NCBI GenBank assembly: GCA_045863235.1
Contig: BTUM01000039.1
Span: forward strand, 1-64,000
DNA from: Candidatus Xenobia bacterium
GTDB taxonomy: Bacteria; Vulcanimicrobiota; Xenobia; Xenobiales; QWHO01
Direction of reading: 5' to 3'
Length of the DNA stretch: 64,000 bases
The translations under genes and the position numbers were made by a program. Shown here in pieces: positions 8,820 through 17,616 of the stretch. Below the pieces are notes generated by a model. It made no database searches. It was not told the DNA's origin and was given only the letters and a program-made list of their open reading frames with translations. Positions within the stretch are counted from its first letter, which is position 1, and every line of letters starts with the position of its first letter.

Positions 8820-10565
8820 ATGGCTTACCGTTCGCTTTCCGACTGCGTGGCTGACCTCGAGCGCAGCGGGCGCCTTCGCCGGGTCGAGGTGGAGCTGGAT
8901 CCGCGCCTGGAGATCCCGGCCGTGCAGCGCCTTGCTTGCGCCGCAGGGGGGCCGGCCCTGTTGTTCACCCGGGTGCGGGGCTCGCGTTTTCCCATGCTGG
9001 CGAACCTGTTTGCCACCGGCGAGCGGGCTCGCTACGTACTGCGCCACGGCTACCGAGCGGTAGAGGCGACCATGGCCCTCAAGGCCGACCCGCGCCGGTT
9101 CTGGCGCTACCCCGGGCTGCCTCTCTCGCTTCTGAGCTGCCTGCCCCGCAGAGTGCCCACGGGACCGGTGCTGACAGGCCGTACCCGCCTTCGCGAGCTG
9201 CCTCAGCTGGTGTGCTGGCCGGAGGACGGAGGGGCTTTCCTGACCCTGCCGGCCGTTTACAGCGAGGATCCGGCCCGTCCTGGCTGGCTTCGCTCCAACC
9301 TGGGAATGTATCGCTGTCAGATCTCGGGCAACGACTACGAGCCCGACCGCGAGTGTGGGCTGCACTACCAGCTGCACCGGGGCATCGGGATTCATCACGC
9401 CCGGGCCCTGGAGCGGGGCCAGCCGTTGCCCGTCAACGTCTTCCTGGGAGGTCCTCCGGCTCTCACCCTGGCGGCTGTGATGCCGTTGCCCGAGGGACTG
9501 CCCGAGATCGCCTTCGCCGGTCTTCTGGCAGGGCGGCCCCTGGCCTGGGCCCGGGCCGGGGCCCTGAGCGTGCCGGTGGAGTGCGACTTCTGCCTGGTGG
9601 GCCGCATTCATCCGGGGAGACTGAAGCCCGAAGGGCCATTCGGGGATCACCTGGGCTACTACAGCCTGCGCCACGACTTCCCGGTTCTCGAGGTGGAGGC
9701 GGTCTACCATCGCCCCGACGCCATCTTTCCCTTCACTACAGTGGGCCGTCCCCCCCAGGAAGACTCGGTTTTCGGCCAGATCATCCACGAGTTGACCGCC
9801 CCGGTATTGCCCACCGTGTTGCCCGGTGTGCACGCTGTCAACGCGGTGGACGAGGCCGGGGTGCACCCCCTGCTGCTGGCTCTGGCCAGCGAGCGTTACA
9901 CCCCCTACCAGAAGCGAACCCGACCGCAGGAGCTTTTGACCGCTGCCAATGCCATCCTGGGCCACGGGCAGCTGTCGCTGGCCAAGTACCTGTTTCTGGC
10001 CGCTCGAGAAGACGACCCCGGGCTGGACGTGCACCAGGTGGAGCGCTTCCTGGCTCACGTCTTGGAGCGGGTCGACTGGCGAACCGACCTCCACTTTCAG
10101 ACCCAGACCACGCTGGATACGCTGGACTACTCGTCAGGCACGATGCATCAGGGCTCGAAGCTGGTGGTGGCGGCCGTGGGTCCTGCCCGGCGCCAGTTAG
10201 GACGAGACTCACCTGAGGGGTTCTGCCTGGTCATGCCCGGCGTGCTGGCCACCGACCGCCCCCCCGAGGCCTGCGCCGAGCTGGGGGAGGAGTGGCCTCT
10301 GGTGGTGCGCTGCGACGACCCCGCCTTCCTGGCCCGCCGGCTGGCCAACTTTCTTTGGATTACCTTCACTCGCTCGGATCCGGCTCGAGACGTGCACGGG
10401 GTGGGGGAGTTCACCGAGCACAAGCACTGGGGCTGCACCGGTGCCCTGGTGATCGACGCGCGCCTCAAGCCCCACCACGCTCCGGCTCTGGCGGAGGACC
10501 CCGCGGCTCTGAGCAAGGCCAGGTCGCTGGCGGCCCCGGGCGGTCCCTTGCACGGGGTATTCTAA
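8820..10565 (+). CDS. UbiD family prenyl-FMN decarboxylase
   Basis: NLGMYRCQ, EGPFGDHLGYY and VGRPPQED motifs; ATG 8820 after GGGGAG. Confidence 0.92.
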   Translation: MAYRSLSDCVADLERSGRLRRVEVELDPRLEIPAVQRLACAAGGPALLFTRVRGSRFPMLANLFATGERARYVLRHGYRAVEATMALKADPRRFWRYPGLPLSLLSCLPRRVPTGPVLTGRTRLRELPQLVCWPEDGGAFLTLPAVYSEDPARPGWLRSNLGMYRCQISGNDYEPDRECGLHYQLHRGIGIHHARALERGQPLPVNVFLGGPPALTLAAVMPLPEGLPEIAFAGLLAGRPLAWARAGALSVPVECDFCLVGRIHPGRLKPEGPFGDHLGYYSLRHDFPVLEVEAVYHRPDAIFPFTTVGRPPQEDSVFGQIIHELTAPVLPTVLPGVHAVNAVDEAGVHPLLLALASERYTPYQKRTRPQELLTAANAILGHGQLSLAKYLFLAAREDDPGLDVHQVERFLAHVLERVDWRTDLHFQTQTTLDTLDYSSGTMHQGSKLVVAAVGPARRQLGRDSPEGFCLVMPGVLATDRPPEACAELGEEWPLVVRCDDPAFLARRLANFLWITFTRSDPARDVHGVGEFTEHKHWGCTGALVIDARLKPHHAPALAEDPAALSKARSLAAPGGPLHGVF

Positions 10566-10649
10566 AGCCAGGGCAGCGCAGTTCCGGTGCGAGGGGTCGG
10601 CCGCTCTCTCGTGCAGAGGGCTGTGGATTCCCGGAACGAACTCGTCCCC

Positions 10650-11387
10650 ATGCTCCATCGGCTCTTACTCCTACTCTTGCTCATCGTCGGGCCTGCCCTG
10701 GCTTCCGGGAAGTGCGTTTTCTGTCGCCATGACGGGGGACAGTACCCCTTGCGCACGGTCGACTATGCGGCTGGCTCTCAATGGGTGTGCCAGAGATGCC
10801 TCGAAAAACTGGCTCGGTGCAGTGTCTGTGACCTGGCTACCGACAAGAAGCCCTATCGCGACGGCCGCACGCTCTGCGCGAGTTGCCTGAAGTTGAACCT
10901 GGCCAACCAGGGGCAGGCTGAATCGCTTTACAGCAAAGTGGTCAAGTTTGTTGACGGACTTCTGGGCGACAAAGTCAAGCCCTTGCCCCCCGTGCGCATC
11001 TGCGACGATGACGAGTTGCAGACCCGGTTCATCGAGAGCGGACGGGCCATGCAGGTGGCGGGTTTCTACCAACCCTACAACCCCGAGCAGATCTACATTC
11101 GTTCCTACGAGACCCTGGTGGAGGCGGGCGGGACCCTGGCTCACGAATACACCCACGCCTGGCAGAGCCGCCACGCCGTGCAGCAGGACAGGGCTTTGAA
11201 GGAAGGCTTCGCCAACTGGGTGGAGTACCATTACCTGGTGTCCATCGGCGAGCCGGCCAGGGCTGCCTCCCTGACCAGGAGCTCGGACCCTGACTACGGC
11301 GCCAGCCTCGAGCGCCTGCTCGAGCTGGAGCGAAAGAGCGGCAAGGCGGCCGTCATCAAGCTCGGGAGGACGGGAACGAAGATCTGA
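10650..11387 (+). CDS. Exported DA1-like zinc metallopeptidase with LIM-like Cys motifs
   Basis: Signal peptide; CxxC pairs including RCSVC...DGRTLCASC; LAHEYTHAW, KEGFA and DPDYG parallel the DA1 peptidase domain. Confidence 0.75.
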   Translation: MLHRLLLLLLLIVGPALASGKCVFCRHDGGQYPLRTVDYAAGSQWVCQRCLEKLARCSVCDLATDKKPYRDGRTLCASCLKLNLANQGQAESLYSKVVKFVDGLLGDKVKPLPPVRICDDDELQTRFIESGRAMQVAGFYQPYNPEQIYIRSYETLVEAGGTLAHEYTHAWQSRHAVQQDRALKEGFANWVEYHYLVSIGEPARAASLTRSSDPDYGASLERLLELERKSGKAAVIKLGRTGTKI

Positions 11388-11464
11388 TGGGTTCGGCTTG
11401 TGCGGGAAACTCTTGACGGTTTTCGGCCGCCCTACTGATAATGCGCGGGATGTCGATCGGCGCC

Positions 11465-11788
11465 TTAGCCGGTCGACAGGGGGCGACTGCGGGGAAGGCC
11501 CGAGTTCTCGGTCAAGCGGATCTCAAAGTCCTCGTTGCGGTGCGACTCGATGTGGCTCTTGACGAGCTCGACCCCGGTCAGCAGGAAGTCGTGCAGGTCG
11601 AAGTGCGGCTTGCTTGCGGTGAAGCCCTGCTCGAGCACCACCTCGACGCGGCTGGTGGCCTGCTCGGGCGAGGTCACCAGGGCCTTCACGGTCACTCCAC
11701 TGGAGTAGTCCCCGCTGGCCTCGGCTTCGATTTTGTAGCGCCGCCCGGGTGTGTTCTTCAAGGCGTATTCGATCTCGGTGCGTTCCAC
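11465..11788 (-). CDS. Hypothetical protein
   Basis: 107 aa with protein-like composition and host-like codon usage. Confidence 0.6.
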   Translation of the reverse strand: MERTEIEYALKNTPGRRYKIEAEASGDYSSGVTVKALVTSPEQATSRVEVVLEQGFTASKPHFDLHDFLLTGVELVKSHIESHRNEDFEIRLTENSGLPRSRPLSTG

Positions 11789-11902
11789 GGCGCCGCCTTC
11801 GCGCTGGTGACGGCCGGTACCCTGCCCGGGCTGCCTGAAACCAATTCCCTCTCTTCTGCGTCACCATGTCGGAAGAGAAAACTCAGGAGGTAGAAAAGAA
11901 AG

Positions 11903-12583
11903 ATGTTCTGGGACCCCACAATCATGTTGTTGATCCCGGGCCTGTTGCTGAGCCTGTGGGCCAGCTTCAAGGTGCGGGGAACGTTTGCCAACTATGCCCG
12001 CGTGCCTGCGCGGAGCGGACTCTCCGGGGCCGAGGCGGCCGCCGCCCTGGCCGCCAGCCGTGGCCTCAGGGTCGGAATCGAGCCTTCTCCAGGGGGCACG
12101 CTGAGCGACCATTTCGACCCCACGACCAACACGCTGCGCCTTTCGCCCGAGGTTTACTCGGGACGCTCTCTGGCAGCGTTAGGGGTGGCTGCCCATGAAA
12201 TGGGCCACGCCCTGCAGAAGGCGGACGGCTATGCGCCGCTGGCCTTGCGAAGCGGTCTGGTGCCGTTCGCCGGATTGGGCTCCAATCTGGCCTTCGTTCT
12301 GCTGTTGGCGGGCATGCTGTTGTCGATGAAGCCGCTCCTCTACGCGGGCATCGCCTTCTTCAGCCTGGCCGTGTTGTTCAGCCTGGTGACGCTGCCGGTG
12401 GAGTTTGACGCCTCCGCCCGGGCCTTGCGAATGCTGGCCGCCGATGGCCTGATCGGCCGCGATGAGTTGCCGGGTGTCCGCTCGGTTCTCAATGCCGCTG
12501 CCTGGACCTACGTGGCTGCGGCCGTGGTGGCCGTGCTCGAGCTGTTGCGCCTTATCTTGATCGCGCGCGGCAGCGAGGAGTGA
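11903..12583 (+). CDS. Membrane zinc metallopeptidase (YugP/Zn_peptidase_2 family)
   Basis: LSDHFDP, AAHEMGHALQ, TLPVEFDAS and AAAWTYVAA motifs; SD AGGAGG. Confidence 0.92.
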   Translation: MFWDPTIMLLIPGLLLSLWASFKVRGTFANYARVPARSGLSGAEAAAALAASRGLRVGIEPSPGGTLSDHFDPTTNTLRLSPEVYSGRSLAALGVAAHEMGHALQKADGYAPLALRSGLVPFAGLGSNLAFVLLLAGMLLSMKPLLYAGIAFFSLAVLFSLVTLPVEFDASARALRMLAADGLIGRDELPGVRSVLNAAAWTYVAAAVVAVLELLRLILIARGSEE

Positions 12584-12662
12584 CGGAAAAGGGCCGGGTC
12601 GAGCGATCGGGTCCTTCAGGAGCTTGCGGCCGGGATCTTGTCGATCCCGGCCGGCCTGGAGC

Positions 12663-12998
12663 TCAGCCGACCTGGCTCAGGTGCTTCTCGATGAAGCGGG
12701 TCAGCTCGGTATCGGGCATGAAGCCGCCCTTCTTGTCCACCGGTTGCCCCTTGTGAAACATGATCAACACCGGAATACCCCGTACGCCGTACTTGGCGGC
12801 GATGTTCTTGTTCTCATCGGTGTTCAGCTTGACGAACTTGACTTTGCCTTGATAACTCTCTGAGACGGCCTCGAAGATCGGCTCGAGCATCTTGCACGGC
12901 CCGCACCAGTCGGCTCCAAAATCGACCAGCACCGGCAGCTCGGAGTCGAGCACCTCGGTCTGGAAGTTGGCTTCGGAAACATGCGCTACTTTACCCAC
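12663..12998 (-). CDS. trxA: Thioredoxin
   Basis: WCGPC active site; GTG 12998 after AGGAGG. Confidence 0.95.
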   Translation of the reverse strand: MGKVAHVSEANFQTEVLDSELPVLVDFGADWCGPCKMLEPIFEAVSESYQGKVKFVKLNTDENKNIAAKYGVRGIPVLIMFHKGQPVDKKGGFMPDTELTRFIEKHLSQVG

Positions 12999-13018
12999 GG
13001 TCAAACCTCCTCGAGAGT

Positions 13019-13501
13019 TCAGTCTACCCAGAGATTGCCCAGGAAGGAAGTGGGGGGATGGGCCCCGCCCGCCAGCAGAGCCGCCAGAGGCTCTTTCATG
13101 GGTGGATGGAGAACGAGCTCTCGTAATTGTTCAGTGTCGACGAACTTCGCCTCGGCCAGACGGGGTTCCTCTCCTACTTTCAGCACGCCTCCGGCCCGCC
13201 GGGCCGCGAATATCAGGTGGATCAGGTGACGCGACCGGTTAGGGGGCAGCGTCTCGGCGGCAAACAGCAGATTGCCCACCTCCACCACGATTCCGGTCTC
13301 TTCCAGCATTTCGCGGCGGGCACCATCGGCCAGCGACTCGCCGAACTCCAGTCCTCCGCCGGGCAAGAGCCAGTAAGTGCGGTCGCCTTTGACGTGACGC
13401 ACGAGCAGCACCCGGCCCTCCTCGATCAGGGCCACCGCCACGCGGATGCGCGGTCGTCGGGAGACGACGTTCTCCGAGGACTCGAAGAGAGGCGAGTTCA
13501 C
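13019..13501 (-). CDS. NUDIX hydrolase
   Basis: Nudix box GGGLEFGESLADGARREMLEETGI; GTG start overlaps the kinase stop (GTGA). Confidence 0.88.
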   Translation of the reverse strand: MNSPLFESSENVVSRRPRIRVAVALIEEGRVLLVRHVKGDRTYWLLPGGGLEFGESLADGARREMLEETGIVVEVGNLLFAAETLPPNRSRHLIHLIFAARRAGGVLKVGEEPRLAEAKFVDTEQLRELVLHPPMKEPLAALLAGGAHPPTSFLGNLWVD

Positions 13502-15669
13502 GGTGTCATCCTGCCCTGGTGGACATTCCAGACGGCCCCGGTAAGGAGGGCGAAGAAGAGGAAGGCGCCCACAATTTGAGCCAGCGTCATCCAGCGACGG
13601 TTGATCAGGCTGACCACCCCGCTGCCGAGCGCCACCAGGTGCATGCAAGCAAGAGCGATCAGGCCAGTGCCCGTAATCACCGGTTTGGCAAGCCCTACCC
13701 CCAGAAGGAAGGCCACCGTGAAGATGGCGTAGCAAGTCCAGCCCCACCAGAGATGGAAGCGCGCCACAGGCCGGGCGGGAATCGATACGGCGGCGGGAGC
13801 TGGCTGAGGCTGGGGCGATGCGGCCATCACGTTTGACGCCGGACGAAGGGTGCGCGAACTCGATTCCGACGGGGGAGGCGGGAGAATGGGCTGGGACCTT
13901 GATGCGGAGTCGGCCGGGCCAAGCGGAGGCCGGGCTCGCGAGGTGGAGTCCGCCGGCTGAGCGGTCCGCTGCGTGCCTGAGGAGTCCGCCCCTGCCCCCC
14001 CCGCAGAGGGTTGGACCCGGGAAGCGAGAGCGGCCGGAGCGGGTTGAGAACTTCCCGAAAGCGACCCCGAGGGCCGCGAGGAAGAAGAGTGCCCACCCGA
14101 GCCAGAGCCCCCCGAGGACGCCGTGGCCTGGCCGCAGGCCGGGCAGAAACGTGCTTCGCGGGGCATTCCCGTTCCGCACCGAGCACAGAACATCTGGGTG
14201 CTGGCGGCTTCCGGAGGAAGGTCGGGAATCTGCACCCGGAAGACCAGCACCTGGTCACGATTCAGTCCCACTTCCTCCAGGACGCAAAGCGAGGAGACCG
14301 CCTGAGCTGTGGCCTGGCTCAGGTAGATGGAGCCGGGTGGGCAGTCCTTTTCCAGGTGTCCGGCCTGATCGACCGTGCGACTGGCGAACTCCCCCAGTGA
14401 TCGGCGCGGGTCGAGATAGACGTCCCCCGTGTTGATCCCGATGCGCGCCAGCAACACGCCGCTCAACTGGCTGCGGGCGTTGAGCTGAGCGATCCGCTGC
14501 TGGATCTGGACGGCCGCCTGCACAGCCGGGACAGGCTCTTGGAACAGGCAGATGGCCCCGTCGCCGGACCAGTCGTAGGACAGGCAGCCGTGGCTTTCGA
14601 GCGCGCCGTTGATGAGGGAGCGGTAAGCGCGGAAAGCCTGGTCGGCGTGGAAGGTCTGATTGGGAGTCTTGAGCTTGGACGAGCCGGCCAGATCGACGAA
14701 CATGACGGTGAGCACACGCCGAAAGCCCTGGTCGATGGCTTCCTTGACCTTGGAATGGGCTGCGATGGCCTCGTCCATGCTGACTCGGCCGCTGACGACC
14801 GCCGCCAGGAACTGCTCCAGGGCATTGCCGGCCGGCTCGCCCGCCGCCTGCTTGAGGGCTTCGCGCATTTCGCCGGCGCTGGCGTAGCGAACCTCCCGGT
14901 CCTTCTCGAGGGCTCGCATCACGACTTCGCTGACCGCCTGGGAGACCTCGCGATTCAGCTCGCCGGGCGGTTGGGGCCGCTTGAACAGGTGTGCCTTCAT
15001 CACCTCGGGGGTGGTCTGGCCTCGGAAGGGCTGCACTCCGGTCAACATCTCGTAGAGGATGACCCCGGTGGCGTAGAGGTCGGCCCGGGCATCCACGCCC
15101 TCGCCCTCGAACTGCTCCGGGGCCATGTACTCCGGGGTTCCCACCATCATCCCGGTACGGGTCAAGCGCACCGAGTCGCGGCAGTGGGCGATGGAGAAGT
15201 CGGTCAGGGTGACGATGCCGTTCTCGGCCACCAGCACGTTGGCGGGTTTGACGTCGCGATGCACCACGCCGTGCTCGTGGGCGTGCTGCAGGGCGCTGAG
15301 CACCTGATCGATCAGCTTGAGAGTGGCTTCCACCCCATAGGGGACGCCGGGCTGCAGGCACTCGCGCAGATCGCGCCCGCCCAGATACTCCATGACCAGG
15401 TAGTGGCAGCCGTCCGACTCGGCCGCGTCAAACACCTGGATGATGTTGGGGTGGCGCAGGGACGCAGCGATGCGGGCTTCGCGCTTGAAGCGCTCGAGAA
15501 AATCAGCTTCGCGCGTCAGCTCGGCCGGCAGCACCTTGATGGCCAGGTCTCGCCCCAGCGACTCCTGGTGCGCCAGGTAAACCGTCCCCATCGACCCTCG
15601 ACCAATCTCCCGCACCAGCCGGTAGTTGCCCAGCGACTGCCTCGGTTCCACGCTGGTCAAAGTTCCCAT
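13498..15669 (-). CDS. Ser/Thr protein kinase fused to a class III nucleotidyl cyclase domain, zinc ribbon, low-complexity linker and C-terminal TM helices
   Basis: Kinase motifs GRGSMG, HRDVKPAN, DFS and GTPEYMAPE; cyclase motifs VMFVDLAGS, SGDG and RIGINTGDV; CARCG...FCPACG; about three hydrophobic helices at the C-terminus. Confidence 0.9.
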   Translation of the reverse strand: MGTLTSVEPRQSLGNYRLVREIGRGSMGTVYLAHQESLGRDLAIKVLPAELTREADFLERFKREARIAASLRHPNIIQVFDAAESDGCHYLVMEYLGGRDLRECLQPGVPYGVEATLKLIDQVLSALQHAHEHGVVHRDVKPANVLVAENGIVTLTDFSIAHCRDSVRLTRTGMMVGTPEYMAPEQFEGEGVDARADLYATGVILYEMLTGVQPFRGQTTPEVMKAHLFKRPQPPGELNREVSQAVSEVVMRALEKDREVRYASAGEMREALKQAAGEPAGNALEQFLAAVVSGRVSMDEAIAAHSKVKEAIDQGFRRVLTVMFVDLAGSSKLKTPNQTFHADQAFRAYRSLINGALESHGCLSYDWSGDGAICLFQEPVPAVQAAVQIQQRIAQLNARSQLSGVLLARIGINTGDVYLDPRRSLGEFASRTVDQAGHLEKDCPPGSIYLSQATAQAVSSLCVLEEVGLNRDQVLVFRVQIPDLPPEAASTQMFCARCGTGMPREARFCPACGQATASSGGSGSGGHSSSSRPSGSLSGSSQPAPAALASRVQPSAGGAGADSSGTQRTAQPADSTSRARPPLGPADSASRSQPILPPPPSESSSRTLRPASNVMAASPQPQPAPAAVSIPARPVARFHLWWGWTCYAIFTVAFLLGVGLAKPVITGTGLIALACMHLVALGSGVVSLINRRWMTLAQIVGAFLFFALLTGAVWNVHQGRMTP

Positions 15670-15696
15670 GCGGAGCCAAAAGACCTTCCCCAAAGG

Positions 15697-15724
15697 AAAA
15701 AGCCGGGTCGAACGACCCGGCTTT
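15697..15724 (-). terminator. Intrinsic terminator after rplL
   Basis: AAAGCCGGGTCG-AA-CGACCCGGCTTT hairpin with a U-tract on the minus strand. Confidence 0.8.
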
Positions 15725-15744
15725 CAGACGCCAGACCTGAAGAG

Positions 15745-16116
15745 TTACTTCAGGGTGATGGTGGCGCCGGACTCGGCGAACTTGGCCTTGATCTCCTCGG
15801 CCTCGGACTTCGAGCAGCCTTCCTTGATCATCTGGGGAGCGCCGTCCACCAGGTCCTTGGCCTCTTTCAGGCCCAGGGTGGTGACGGTGCGCACGACCTT
15901 GATGACTCCGATCTTGTTGGAGCCGGCCGAGGTCAACTCGACGTCGAAGGTATCCTTTTCGACGGCGGCTTCGGCGGGCGCACCAGCGGGGGCGGCGGCC
16001 ACGGCCACGGGGGCGGCAGCCGACACGCCCAGCTTCTCCTCGAGAGCCTTGACGATGTCGGCGGCTTCCATCAGGGTCAGGTTGCAGATCGCATCGATCA
16101 GAGCGGTCTTATCCAC
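15745..16116 (-). CDS. rplL: 50S ribosomal protein L7/L12
   Basis: [21 protein letters not shown] and [14 protein letters not shown] motifs. Confidence 0.98.
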   Translation of the reverse strand: MDKTALIDAICNLTLMEAADIVKALEEKLGVSAAAPVAVAAAPAGAPAEAAVEKDTFDVELTSAGSNKIGVIKVVRTVTTLGLKEAKDLVDGAPQMIKEGCSKSEAEEIKAKFAESGATITLK

Positions 16117-16128
16117 GGTGTTGTCCTC

Positions 16129-16689
16129 CTACGAATTTTCTTCTTGCTTGCGGCGCCACGCGTCGATGACGGTGGCCATGCTGCGACCAGGGGCGTTGAT
16201 GATGCCCATGAGCTGGCGGTGGGGTGCGATGATCATGCTCAACAGCTGAGCCAGCACCACTTCGCGCGAGGGCAGGCTGGCAATGGCTTCGACCTTCTTG
16301 GAGTCGTAGACATTGTTCTCCAGCACTGCACCCTTGACTCGGGGCAGGTTGGTGGGTTTTTGCTCCTTCGAATAATCGAGGAGTGTCTTGGCGATGGCGG
16401 CCGGGTCGGCGTAGCCAAAAGCGATGCCCGTGGGGCCCTGAAGGTGCTCTTCCAGGCCCTGGATCCCCATCTCCCTGGCCACTTTGAGGGCCAGGGTGTT
16501 CTTGACGATCCTGAACTCGCCTTTGTGCTCGCGCAGACGTTTGCGCAGATCGGTCATCATCTTCACGGTCATTCCGGCGGCTTCGCCGCGGCTGTCCGCG
16601 AAGACGGCGATGGTGGCCTCCTTGAAGCTCTTGCGGAGCTCCTCGAGACTCTCGGTCTTGCGCTTCATCGCCTCTGCATGAGTTGGCAT
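16129..16689 (-). CDS. rplJ: 50S ribosomal protein L10
   Basis: MTVKMMTDLRK, IVKNTL, GPTGIAF and LPSREVVLAQL motifs; directly upstream of rplL. Confidence 0.96.
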   Translation of the reverse strand: MPTHAEAMKRKTESLEELRKSFKEATIAVFADSRGEAAGMTVKMMTDLRKRLREHKGEFRIVKNTLALKVAREMGIQGLEEHLQGPTGIAFGYADPAAIAKTLLDYSKEQKPTNLPRVKGAVLENNVYDSKKVEAIASLPSREVVLAQLLSMIIAPHRQLMGIINAPGRSMATVIDAWRRKQEENS

Positions 16690-16699
16690 AGGTTCCTCC

Positions 16700-16872
16700 C
16701 TTCTGCAGTCGATGCAGACGAAAAAGCCTCCGTTGCAGACGGAGGCTTGGAAACGTCATTAGGCCCCTCGGCCGATTGGCCGTGGTTGATTCGTGACGTC
16801 ACCTCGGCAGGGTAGCCCGAAGGCCGATTGAGGCTTGCGCCCCCTGCTGTCTGCGGCAACGATTGGAGTTGC
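16700..16872 (-). ncRNA. L10 leader (autoregulatory RNA) with attenuator hairpin
   Basis: Minus strand reads AGACAGCAGG...CCTGCCGAGG (L10-leader-like), then the terminator AAGCCTCCGT-ctgca-ACGGAGGCTTTTT (16721-16748); the 5' GCAGAC can pair with GTCTGC in the terminator. Confidence 0.8.
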
Positions 16873-16878
16873 CCGAAG

Positions 16879-16907
16879 AGTATACGGGGGGGCTTGAGAG
16901 CTGTCAA
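16879..16907 (-). promoter_or_regulatory. Sigma70 promoter of rplJL
   Basis: TTGACA-17 bp-TATACT. Confidence 0.85.
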
Positions 16908-16916
16908 CCCCGTTGA

Positions 16917-16945
16917 TTGACGAGCCGGGGAGTCTTGACTATAAT
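16917..16945 (+). promoter_or_regulatory. Divergent sigma70 promoter
   Basis: TTGACG-17 bp-TATAAT. Confidence 0.85.
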
Positions 16946-16972
16946 CCCAGGTGGCTTGAGGCCGATTCGCGA

Positions 16973-17233
16973 ATGTCGCTGCGGATACCGAAAGAACGCA
17001 AGGAAGTGGTGATCTTCACCCGCAACCACAAGGTGGAGGGTGAGGTTTACCTGTTGCTCGACTCAAGGCTATCCGACGAGCTGAACATCCGCGTGCGCGA
17101 CTTCATTCCGGTGACCAACGCCAAGGTGTTTTCGCTCACGGGAGACAGCTTGCTCTATGCGGCCGACTTCGTCTCGGTCAACAAGCACGCCATCGACCTG
17201 GTGCTGACCAAGCACGGCGAGATTGAACTTTAA
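16973..17233 (+). CDS. Small conserved hypothetical protein (DUF6812-like)
   Basis: V.IFT..H.VEGEVYL...RLSDELN....FIPVTNAKV pattern. Confidence 0.7.
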   Translation: MSLRIPKERKEVVIFTRNHKVEGEVYLLLDSRLSDELNIRVRDFIPVTNAKVFSLTGDSLLYAADFVSVNKHAIDLVLTKHGEIEL

Positions 17234-17250
17234 ACAAAGGAAGCGTTCCC

Positions 17251-17616
17251 ATGCCGATCTATCAGTATCGTTGTCAGAGCTGCTCTGAGTTGCACGAGGC
17301 TTTGCAGAAGGTCAGTGACGAGCGTTTGACTACCTGCCCGCATTGCGGGGAGGAGGCTCTCAAGCGCATCATCGCCCCCGTGGGAATTCAGTTCAAGGGA
17401 AGCGGCTGGCACGTCACCGATTACAAGAGCGGAGGTAGCTCCAAGAGCTCGGGCTCGAGCGATGAGGGAGGAGCGGACAGCAAGAAGTCCGAGGATACTT
17501 CCAAGAGCAGCGACACTTCCAAGAGCAGCGAAGGCTCCAAGAGCAGCGAAGGCTCCAAGGGCAGCGACACCTCCAAAGGCTCCGGCGACGCCAGCGCCTC
17601 GAGCAAGGTGGCCTGA
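17251..17616 (+). CDS. FmdB family zinc-ribbon protein with S/K/G/D-rich tail
   Basis: MPIYQYRCQSC...CPHCG...FKGSGWHVTDY. Confidence 0.92.
   Translation: MPIYQYRCQSCSELHEALQKVSDERLTTCPHCGEEALKRIIAPVGIQFKGSGWHVTDYKSGGSSKSSGSSDEGGADSKKSEDTSKSSDTSKSSEGSKSSEGSKGSDTSKGSGDASASSKVA
17500..17580 (+). repeat. 18-bp coding tandem repeat (about 4.5 copies)
   Basis: TCCAAGAGCAGCGA(CACT/AGGC) units encoding SKSSDT/SKSSEG/SKGSDT. Confidence 0.85.

Noticed and set aside
13502..14179. Long N-terminal extension of the NUDIX ORF
   Set aside because: It is an alternate frame inside the kinase gene; GTG 13501 is the coupled start.
14539..16815. 758-aa + strand ORF and similar shadow ORFs (26134-27651, 27694-29253, 43290-44828, 49333-50832)
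   Set aside because: They are antisense to well-supported genes, which is expected from GC-rich codon bias.
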